32,000 nucleotides of DNA from Candidatus Electrothrix yaqonensis (lineage in GTDB: Bacteria; Desulfobacterota; Desulfobulbia; Desulfobulbales; Desulfobulbaceae): contig CP178758.1 in the NCBI GenBank assembly GCA_047651235.1, positions 690,001-722,000 of the forward strand. Reading direction: 5' to 3'. The notes under the pieces were generated by a model. The model had not been told where the DNA came from. It saw only the letters and a program-made list of their open reading frames with translations, and did not search any database. This document shows positions 8,601 to 13,179 of the stretch, in pieces. A program made the translations under genes and the position numbers. The first letter of the stretch is position 1. Every line of letters begins with the position of its first letter.

Positions 8601-8689
8601 ACCGGTTCAACGGCCTGTTGCTGGATGGGATGCAGCTGCCGGAATGCGCCGTAAAAGGCGCGATAGGTATTGGGGAGGTGGTTGATCAA
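2660..8689 (-). CDS. Giant 2009-aa multidomain protein: Lhr-like DEAH (SF2) helicase + Fe-S Cas4/RecB-type PD-(D/E)xK nuclease + RNase-H-like module + Dna2/Upf1-type SF1B helicase
   Basis: It is an uninterrupted 6-kb ORF.
- SF2 core (about 7655-8647): Q-motif LHPIQQQA, motif I SATGSGKT (8550-8573), PTRALA, DEAH (IIDEAHFF, about 8249-8263), SAT, ATSTLELGIDVG and QRIGRANRR.
- Nuclease (about 5585-6365): C786/C791, D906, E924-x2-D927-I-K929, QVAFY (QxxxY) and C1021-x2-C1024-x5-C1030.
- SF1B helicase (2660 to about 4040): GPPGTGKT (3920-3943), VIFDEASQV, GDVHQLPPV, TVERIQGAEREVILF and NVAITRARHKLIVVG.
- Start codon: it must be non-ATG (TTG at 8689), because motif I precedes the first in-frame Met (residue 55). 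Confidence 0.85.
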   Translation of the reverse strand: MINHLPNTYRAFYGAFRQLHPIQQQAVEPVLAQKDLILQSATGSGKTEAVLAPCMERVIRSGSNKSVLYIVPTRALAADLYRRFKAVITERLGLGFAIRTGDLKQRGGGRPALLLTTPESLDVMMGSSNQDLRGFLARVRIVIIDEAHFFIHQYRGRQLVYLLQRLERRIGSRVQRLALSATLADPDEVGRFLGCSSDTVFLADKVSRDIVPRMVHLANDEQELIGFLDDLYREWDYRKILLFANSRGRCDKIFGLLNRLGSFRGRAHLHYSNLTAKQRQKVEHSFRKQSRSICIATSTLELGIDVGDVDAVILFEPPDSVAAFLQRIGRANRRQKAIHFWGICRGEQAGQQVLRFLALLSLARQGQVEAALPKNFPSVLSQQVISCLYEKKRLSLPSVQELFCDPGVDSGNEEAATRLENIFQSLIKKQWLRKDKTEGLYTGGWRYWEALTEYQIWSNFPETEIEYKLDVAGEPVADIPQTIVKQLDPGDKVLLAGRPLRILWISTKADKRIFAEPTQERLDDKELLWLGMGCHVFLETAQAMRAVLKSPNAADNEAAAGLFSRTRKLIRQQLAQDAKAVLLNNGIEVVLADQGSFQYRTYLGAVGNMLLAWSVKEYFAAQSEDVEVDSDEIGLICSQWIPFEKLPLPVQRNDFTAWVKSHCKQLRAMFPLNAFCTTLPPEILRHELVDCIFDQRLIAFFQQYKDSSSEIVEGDPRNLEFHPEQTEEQAPTFFEVQSQPLLALEKERYEDAGDAASVFVKDKKVRYQTRPLTGTMIGEYFRHHQCDRQFCASFLRPEDQPPRQSPMDDEYASLRLARGLAFEQEIMAELAGFKEQFHLVQEKDQSGMPRSLESRYAETRDWLQRVFGQKDLAGNVYLAQGVFLLPALLSPLNVDRVDVDGVGIPDLIRVSAEDAAGEQHIILEVGDIKSVAKPRYHQRWQVAFYAFLLKTFLEQERLDTKGVQVDDSGFLLIRSPLDDKPQRHTFALQPYLASLPALLRNFAQCLSHPPDQAGWQIQAHCLSCPYFPSCYQQALHEEDIQFIPRLSQGALEKMRALDLRNIEDASAWFADGFVGARRAVPLCAGQAQGPAPTTCIVNTDFSPAQREGLHNAVTALHENKIILTRQRTDLFPAHIATCFFVHLLNDPVTMLPKAVGLGVGQRGQGAEDLQIFTWVVGDKAAKAERQQIWRAFSDCFLKFWQEAVEKQGRPHIFFFGAGIRQGLDDWAAIMADKPLRNLFRRSLDPSWTDLDQVLHKHFALPISATLTLYDLARVLGLHTEQNLPAPASLVHFDFLPDTVRAVPVCPPFSDNTSQGRHIGRPLQAKEHLAAVLNIDRQVQQWIASHLSSDWSRGDQPVAPTWDNPDEPAQAGSSRGLAFQNFIEAEQAVQEKDIRDVQELSLAERVERFRALGPLRFTGTGLDDEGGFLYLFEAIEESDGAGTRVSKFRQGDFLKLVPQGVKDLQSGMPVIVNSYEPHQGLVTLSSRQRSTLRLQKNISYSLEEDADDWTTPKLIEVVQSVYSEKIHHPLQDLFDGAWDFAQPSDWQEWVQEWLHTEGKLAGLNAAQEQGLQMPFCHALSLIQGPPGTGKTNLLGWILIALVRHAQARDEPLRIAISALTHQAIDQVLSKVIKLVNQHDLPDFPGRCCKWGRWDGPEFDENSDEMQVELLEAPDQVLRFSHLILGATGYGLTYLQKNKKLPAKPFDWVIFDEASQVLLPQAMLSLVHGKGNFLFLGDVHQLPPVIRSAPIKKDTINHFHHVEHQEDHENDEALESEVRRSLLTLMLHRYPQQSVFLDLTYRMNAEICAFPSRTWYNSKLRPAPANAAARLSLKGRLGNDPLDRIIDPEQPVVLVRADHQGCGQESIVEAEIMTRLAHRLQSKYGLHKEQLALISPHRAQNNRISRRLTELLGSSDDLPLIDTVERIQGAEREVILFGFTCSDSAQVLGEFLNNPNRFNVAITRARHKLIVVGSETFFTAIAQNEESLRANVCFKEFFEGHPSVDEADVFR
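4610..4639. repeat. GC-rich perfect palindrome (12-bp arms, 6-nt loop) in frame inside the helicase ORF
   Basis: The sequence is AGTAGGGGCGAC-TGGCTG-GTCGCCCCTACT. It is 30 nt long, encodes SRGDQPVAPT (residues 1351-1360), and is flanked by Trp codons on both sides. Confidence 0.9.
5412..5470. repeat. Composite GC-rich palindromic element of the same family, in frame inside the helicase ORF
   Basis: Outer arms GTAGGGGC...GCCCCTAC enclose a perfect 26-bp palindrome TAGGGGCACGGCG|CGCCGTGCCCCTA (5444-5469) and the small stem GTGCC-TGCCC-GGCAC. The element encodes VGARRAVPLCAGQAQGPAPT (residues 1074-1093). Confidence 0.85.
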
Positions 8690-8867
8690 GTCAGGACGGT
8701 CTGCTGATGGATAAAATTCAATTGATTGAGCAAGCCTGTTTCACTTTTATTGAAGCAGGAGAAAACAGCTGAGGTCGGAATCAAAAATAAACGACTCATG
8801 GCCGGTTGGGATAACGATTACTTGCTGAACGTACTGACTGGTCTATAAATTAAATGCGTTTACCATG

Positions 8868-8995
8868 GAGTTCATTCGCTTTTTCTGATTCATCCTTCTT
8901 TATAAATTATCCTCTCCGAATTTATTGCCGACCGTACCGATATGATGAGAGAATTGCATTTCCTCGTTCTGTCTGTGCCAGCGGCAGGCGGCCTT
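8868..8995 (-). pseudogene. Decayed remnant of a second brnT (3' end) plus brnA (first ~13 codons)
   Basis: It aligns by eye to 9606-9735 (the intact brnT/brnA junction) at roughly 80 percent identity. A 2-nt indel breaks the brnT frame, and the brnA start is mutated from ATG to ATA. Homology stops abruptly at both ends. Confidence 0.7.
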
Positions 8996-8999
8996 CCTG

Positions 9000-9230
9000 C
9001 TACGACCTTAACAGATATTTATTGTGCTGCCGGGCAATGTCGGCATCCTCCCCCTCCGCCATTCCCACAATATCCAGCAGGGCATCCTTTTTCTGTGCAG
9101 CAGGCGCACCATGGGATATTGAAGCCGTGTCTTCTTCCTTTGAGAGCTTTGACAAAATAAATCGCATCAGTTCAAACTTGTCTGCACAGGGAAGCGCATC
9201 AATAAGCGGTATAACCTCGGCAAGTGTCAT
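9000..9230 (-). CDS. Small antitoxin-like protein with no cognate toxin gene beside it
   Basis: The 76-aa ORF starts at ATG 9230 with a GAGGAGG Shine-Dalgarno 6 nt upstream. The N-terminal pattern MTLAEVIPLIDALPCADKFELMRFILSKL and the C-terminal acidic tail (GEDADIARQHNKYL) resemble addiction-module antitoxin components. The family assignment is from memory only. Confidence 0.5.
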   Translation of the reverse strand: MTLAEVIPLIDALPCADKFELMRFILSKLSKEEDTASISHGAPAAQKKDALLDIVGMAEGEDADIARQHNKYLLRS

Positions 9231-9277
9231 GGGAGTCCTCCTCAAGCTATGGGAAAATAGGTAGATCGGAATGTGTA

Positions 9278-9306
9278 ATTATACCAAGGGATACCTGGCT
9301 CAGCAA
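9278..9306 (-). promoter_or_regulatory. Sigma70-type promoter for the 9230 ORF
   Basis: On the minus strand it reads TTGCTG (9306-9301), a 17-nt spacer, then TATAAT (9283-9278). It lies about 48 nt upstream of the ATG. Confidence 0.55.
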
Positions 9307-9312
9307 GGGAGA

Positions 9313-9373
9313 CCAAACGCAATCAGCAGGCAGGTTCCAGTAAGGTGTGAGGAAGGGGTGGAAGTTCCTCCCC
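9313..9373. repeat. 61-bp conserved block, copy 1
   Basis: The block is CCAAACGCAATCAGCAGGCAGGTTCCAGTAAGGTGTGAGGAAGGGGTGGAAGTTCCTCCCC. It is identical at 61/61 positions to 10042-10102, while the flanks have diverged. Confidence 0.9.
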
Positions 9374-9396
9374 ACGGAAGATGAACGTGCCCCCTG

Positions 9397-9642
9397 TCAC
9401 TGCTGCACCTTGGAATGCTTTACCAAGCGGGTTGATGCCGCTGCCAGTTCCAGCAGAGAGCGAAGCGCATTATTCACAGCTTTATCATTGGGAAAAGCTT
9501 GGGCAATATCGGGATCCAGAAGGACAATGTTGGATTCCTCTTTAATACGGTCCGCATATTTACCACGCACAATTTTTCCAAAATCCGATCTCTTGTATTC
9601 GGGTCGGAGTTCATCCGCTTTCTCTGATTCAGCCTTCTTCAT
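9397..9642 (-). CDS. brnA: BrnA-like antitoxin (downstream partner of BrnT)
   Basis: The 81-aa ORF overlaps the brnT 3' end by 14 nt. It contains LRPEYKRSDFGKIVRGKYA...IVLLDPDIAQAFPNDKAVNNALRSLL, a pattern typical of antitoxins encoded after DUF497 toxins. Confidence 0.6.
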   Translation of the reverse strand: MKKAESEKADELRPEYKRSDFGKIVRGKYADRIKEESNIVLLDPDIAQAFPNDKAVNNALRSLLELAAASTRLVKHSKVQQ

Positions 9643-9901
9643 AAATTATCCTCTCCGAATTTGTTGCCGGGCGTGCCGATATAATGCGAATCGCATTGCC
9701 TCTTTCTGTGTGTGCCACTGTAAGCAGGCGGCCTTTTGAGGACATGCCGAAAGTCACAAAGCGATCTTCATTTTCTGAATGGTCAGGGTCATACGCAGTC
9801 GCTGAAAAGGAATCACGCAGGGCGCTGGATGCTTCCTCGAATGTAACACCATGTTTGCGCCGGTTTATTCTTGCCTTGTTCGGATCCCACTCAAAATGCA
9901 T
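9629..9901 (-). CDS. brnT: BrnT toxin (DUF497 family)
   Basis: The sequence MHFEWDPNKARINRRKHGVTFEEA...DPDHSENEDRF...GRLLTVAHTERGNAIRIISARPA matches the DUF497/BrnT signature. Confidence 0.8.
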   Translation of the reverse strand: MHFEWDPNKARINRRKHGVTFEEASSALRDSFSATAYDPDHSENEDRFVTFGMSSKGRLLTVAHTERGNAIRIISARPATNSERIIYEEG

Positions 9902-9944
9902 ATCTACCCGACTCCGTCATTTTCCTCTGCCTGTTCATACAATC

Positions 9945-9973
9945 AGGGTAGACAGAACCGGTTATCCCGTCAA
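9945..9973 (-). promoter_or_regulatory. Candidate brnTA promoter with a palindrome in the spacer
   Basis: On the minus strand it reads TTGACG (9973-9968), a 17-nt spacer, then TACCCT (9950-9945). The 8-bp palindrome AACCGGTT (9956-9963) lies in the spacer, a plausible autoregulation operator. The -10 element is weak. Confidence 0.3.
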
Positions 9974-10041
9974 GTTTTTTCCTATTTTGCTCGCTCGTGG
10001 ATTATGGAAGGATATGTCGGTGGGAGATGCTTACAGGAAAG

Positions 10042-10102
10042 CCAAACGCAATCAGCAGGCAGGTTCCAGTAAGGTGTGAGGAAGGGGTGGAAGTTCCTCC
10101 CC
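10042..10102. repeat. 61-bp conserved block, copy 2
   Basis: It is identical to 9313-9373 and offset from it by 729 bp. Confidence 0.9.
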
Positions 10103-10172
10103 TTGGAGATCATCCTTCGTCACAAGGGGATTGCATTTCGCACCTTGGGGATCATCATGCGTCACAGGGGGA
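10101..10172. repeat. 42-bp-period tandem repeat, units R1-R2 (30-bp core plus 12-bp linker)
   Basis: R1 is CCTTGGAGATCATCCTTCGTCACAAGGGGA followed by the linker TTGCATTTCGCA. R2 is CCTTGGGGATCATCATGCGTCACAGGGGGA. The array is cut at 10173/10174 by the IS701-like end. Confidence 0.7.
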
Positions 10173-10173
10173 T

Positions 10174-11178
10174 TACTTCTACTTTGGCACTCACAAAGGC
10201 TGTGGTAATAATTTGCAATTCCGTTGTTTCTCATATGCGAAATCAATCGAAGCTTGCCTCTTTTCATGCCGTTGACAAAGCTGTCTTATAACTTCATCTT
10301 CGTTTACATCTCGACGTGGAAAATTGACTTGAGTAATGTTGTTATATCAGCGCAACTCAATAACGGGACACCGACTTGATGGTATAATCGTTGCTCGACC
10401 ATAAACAACATGGCCATCATGACCATAGTCATATGATGATGCCAAGCCAGCCATCCCCGAGCCTTAGCCTTAAGACAACGTTCCTTGTCATCCGTCCAGC
10501 TTTTCGGTAAATACAGCCGATAGTCGATTGGCGTGGAAAAACGGCCATATCCCAAAGTCGCGAACACTGCTACCTGACAGTTGTCGGTTTTACCAAGCTG
10601 CCCGCACCATTGACGAGAAACCCCGACAGACATCTTCCCCTTTTTGGGCATCCCGGATTCATCAATAAAAAGAGCGCTATCTTCCTTTCCTCCAAAAATG
10701 TTATCCGCATCTTTAGCTACGTGGTTGTTTACAGGACGCCAATCCCAGTTCGATTCGGAAAGAAAATACTGGAGGGGCTCATATTTAACGCCCGGAACCT
10801 TTTCCTCCATACGTTCCATGTTTTTTTGTCAGACTGGAATAAACCTTTCAAGTATTGGAATGCTTTATCTGACAAAATTACCGTATGTCTCTTAAAAAAA
10901 TGATGATATCTTTCGTGAAAAGACGTAAGTTGCCGGGCGATGCCGGTCAACTCAAAGAATTTGTCATGGGGACTTCTTTTTTCGGGGCTGGGAGCGTTCA
11001 TAAAAAGAATAAAGTTATAATCAGGGCGATTGACGGGTATTTTTTTGATAGCTGTTATCAGGTGCTAGCTTGATCAAAAAGCGATAAAATCTTCCTAATG
11101 AAAGATACAACTTTATCCGGATATTGCAAGAAGTTTTTACAAATAGATCAAAAGGTTATGGTTGACAAAGTAGAAGTA
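10174..11178 (-). mobile_element. Decayed IS701-like insertion sequence (about 1 kb)
   Basis: Terminal inverted repeats TACTTCTACTTTG (10174-10186) and CAAAGTAGAAGTA (11166-11178) enclose a broken transposase gene. Confidence 0.65.
10304..11001 (-). pseudogene. IS701-family DDE transposase, frameshifted and internally deleted
   Basis: The N-terminal piece (10729-11001: ...KAFQYLKGLFQSDKK) and the next piece (10304-10819: ...LQYFLSESNWDW...SRQWCGQLGKTDNCQVAVF...) are in different frames, shifting at a T-run near 10820. The sequence jumps from the early catalytic region (ERCLKAKA) straight to the C-terminal RGWLAWHHHMTMVMMAMLF, so most of the DDE domain is missing. Confidence 0.7.
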
Positions 11179-11187
11179 GCCTTCGCC

Positions 11188-11280
11188 CCTTGAGGATCAT
11201 CGTGCGTCACAGGGGGACATCCCTTCGCCCCCAGTGACGGAACATGCGCCCTTTGGGGAGAACGTCTCGGAGCAGGGGGA
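11188..11280. repeat. Continuation of the 42-bp-period repeat on the far side of the IS (units R3-R4 and a degenerate tail)
   Basis: R3 is CCTTGAGGATCATCGTGCGTCACAGGGGGA followed by the linker CATCCCTTCGCC. R4 (11230-11260) has the central GTGACG... core in inverted orientation. The tail ends in AGCAGGGGGA. Confidence 0.6.
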
Positions 11281-11459
11281 TGAATTTGTTTTCCGTGCTC
11301 CGATATCCTATTCAGTGGCCTGTTGGGGTTGACCGGCAAAACGACCAGCATGGGATCGGAGGCAACTTGACCATGTCCCATCTTTTATGATTCAATGAGA
11401 TATGAATCTACAGAGTAATTATACAACAAATGGAGGATGATCATGAACCGAATTCAATG

Positions 11460-12030
11460 TACTATGGACTGAAAGTCGCTATTTCGGCTAAAGCCGATTA
11501 AAACCGCTGACTCAAGTCAGTGTGTAACGACTGAAAGTCGTTATTCTATTTTAAAATCGTCATTATTATGATTTGGGTCATTTCTGTGATTTTCAATATA
11601 ATTCCGTATCATTTCATCAGTAACGTGTCCGGAACTCAAAGCAACGCAGCCAATACCCCAAAAATGTTTTCCCCAGTATCTTCTGGACAGTTGAGGAAAT
11701 TCTTCCTGAATCTTTTTTGAAGAGCGGCCCTTGAAAAATCGCACCATTTCACTCACGGATATCTTGGGAGGATACGACACATAGATATGGACATGGTCCT
11801 GACTGATATTTCCTTTGATGATCTGAATATCTTTCGAATCACATGTTTGGCGTATTATCTCTCTGATTCGAATACTTATATCCCTGCTTAACACGTTGTA
11901 ACGATATTTGGTTATCCAAATCAAGTGAACTTTCAGATCATGTACGCTGTGCGATGATTTTCTATAAGGCCTCATAAATGAGAATCTACTAAAAGTCTTG
12001 GACTGAAGTCCATAGTTTTAACTGACGATT
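11460..12030 (-). mobile_element. IS200/IS605-family element (tnpA only); ends approximate
   Basis: A Y1 transposase gene is flanked by subterminal hairpins that share a GACT-N2-3-AGTC core, at 11467-11477, 11484-11497, 11507-11520, 11526-11542 and 12000-12013. Confidence 0.7.
11541..11975 (-). CDS. tnpA: IS200/IS605-family Y1 (HUH) transposase TnpA
   Basis: The 144-aa product has HLIWITKYRY, an HUH motif (DHVHIYV), and C-terminal MIRNYIENH carrying the catalytic Tyr. Confidence 0.9.
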   Translation of the reverse strand: MRPYRKSSHSVHDLKVHLIWITKYRYNVLSRDISIRIREIIRQTCDSKDIQIIKGNISQDHVHIYVSYPPKISVSEMVRFFKGRSSKKIQEEFPQLSRRYWGKHFWGIGCVALSSGHVTDEMIRNYIENHRNDPNHNNDDFKIE

Positions 12031-12138
12031 AGTTCTACTTTGGCGATCATAAACATAACCAGCTTATTTTTATTAAGTATTTAAAAACCCCTGTTTTTAG
12101 TATTATTAATATTATTAAATAGTTAATGGTATGGTCAC

Positions 12139-13179
12139 CAATAGACCTCCTGCAAAACTTGGTGATTTGACAGAAACGGCGGATGCTGATATTTTTTCGG
12201 TCACTTTTTCGATTATCAACCCCGGAGGTCTGAAAATCATGCTCACATTCGAAAAACTCTCCCGCCGCCCTGAAACATTCCGCCGTCTGACCGGTGTCGA
12301 TATTGATCTTTTCAACGGAATGACGGAAAAGATCCGCCCTTTATGGGAAGAGCGGAGAGATAATTTTGAAAAGGGCGGGAGAAAGCACAACTTGGAAGGA
12401 GCTGAAAACCACCTTCTCGCCATGCTCCTGCGAAGTCTTCGCTTATCTATTACCGTTGTTACGTGACATATGAGTTCCTCAGTTTTTTCTTCGATTCCGA
12501 TGAGACGACGGTGATGCGCGCAGTGAAACGGATGGAAAAAATCGCGGTACGGGTGATTCATATTGAAAAAAAGCGTGAAATCACACGGGAAGATGCGGAA
12601 TACCTGATAATCGATGCGACGGAGCAGCCGGTTCAGCGCCTGAAGAAAGGACAGAAGAAGTATTACAGCGGAAAGAAGGGAAAACACACGCTCGGAACGC
12701 AGTTTACCGCCGGTCCCGACGGACGGATTTTTTCGGTTTCGGCGTCGTATCCCGGAAGTGTTCATGATTTCAGGATATATAAGGAACAGAAGGGGCGGGA
12801 GCGTTTTCACGGTATTCCGAAGAAGGCCGACAGCGGATATCAGGGAATCGCGGCATATGACCGGCGCGCCGAAATTCCCTTTAAAAAGCCCCGGAACGGT
12901 GAACTGACCGCCGAACAGAAGGCATATAATCTTGATTTATCGAAAAAACGTATCAAAGTTGAGCATGTCATAAGAGAGGTGAAGGTATTTAAAATCATGT
13001 CGGAAACATACCGGAACAGGCTTAAAGGCCATAATATAAAGAAAAATATCATATCCGGCATAGTGAATATGAAGGTTGCGGCACGGAAAATGAAGAAAGC
13101 TGCCTGAAGCGGAAAATTTTGAAAAAGGGAAAAACCTCACCGCCTGAGAAGAACAGGCAGTTCTGCAGGAGGTCTTGTG
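12139..13179 (+). mobile_element. IS5-family (Harbinger/PIF-like, DDE_Tnp_4) insertion sequence, 1041 bp
   Basis: The inverted repeats are CAATAGACCTCCTGCAAAACTT (12139-12160) and the reverse complement of 13158-13179 (CACAAGACCTCCTGCAGAACTG), matching at 18/22 by eye. Confidence 0.75.
12239..13107 (+). pseudogene. DDE_Tnp_4-type transposase split by a frameshift near 12430-12445
   Basis: ORF A starts at ATG 12239, with GGAGG 10 nt upstream, and reads MLTFEKLSRRPETFRRLTGV...HLLAMLL. The continuation ...IYYRCYVTYEFLSFFFDSDETTVMR... IIDATEQPVQR... YSGKKGKHT... SVHDF... KVEHVIREVK is in another frame. No slippery heptamer is visible at the shift. Confidence 0.7.

Noticed and set aside
2642-8707. 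Many 60-209-aa plus-strand ORFs (for example 4689-5201, 4817-5446, 8198-8707) and out-of-frame minus-strand ORFs inside the helicase gene
   Set aside because: All are nested in a 6-kb ORF with strong helicase and nuclease motifs along its whole length. They have no motifs and no ribosome-binding sites, and they have low-complexity R/A/G/P compositions.
9246-10140. Reading the 61-bp blocks as attC sites of a minus-strand cassette array carrying TA modules
   Set aside because: The blocks lack RYYYAAC / GTTRRRY ends and are not overall imperfect palindromes. They lie on the promoter side of the genes rather than the 3' side. I report them as an unexplained repeat instead.
10101-11280. CRISPR array hypothesis for the 30-bp repeats
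   Set aside because: The spacers are only 12 nt and are themselves conserved (nnnCnTTCGCn). The repeats are degenerate, one unit is partly inverted, and the window has no cas genes.
9997-11381. ORFs 9997-10275 (+), 10052-10267 (-) and 11148-11381 (-), which translate the 42-bp repeats into 14-aa repeats
   Set aside because: No start or ribosome-binding context is visible, both strands are open over the same repeats, and the ORFs are interrupted by the IS. I treat them as translation artefacts of a DNA repeat, though a decayed repeat-protein origin cannot be excluded.
12115-12810. 231-aa minus-strand ORF across the IS5-type element
   Set aside because: It is antisense to the transposase reading frames, which carry the DDE_Tnp_4 motifs, and it has no recognisable features.
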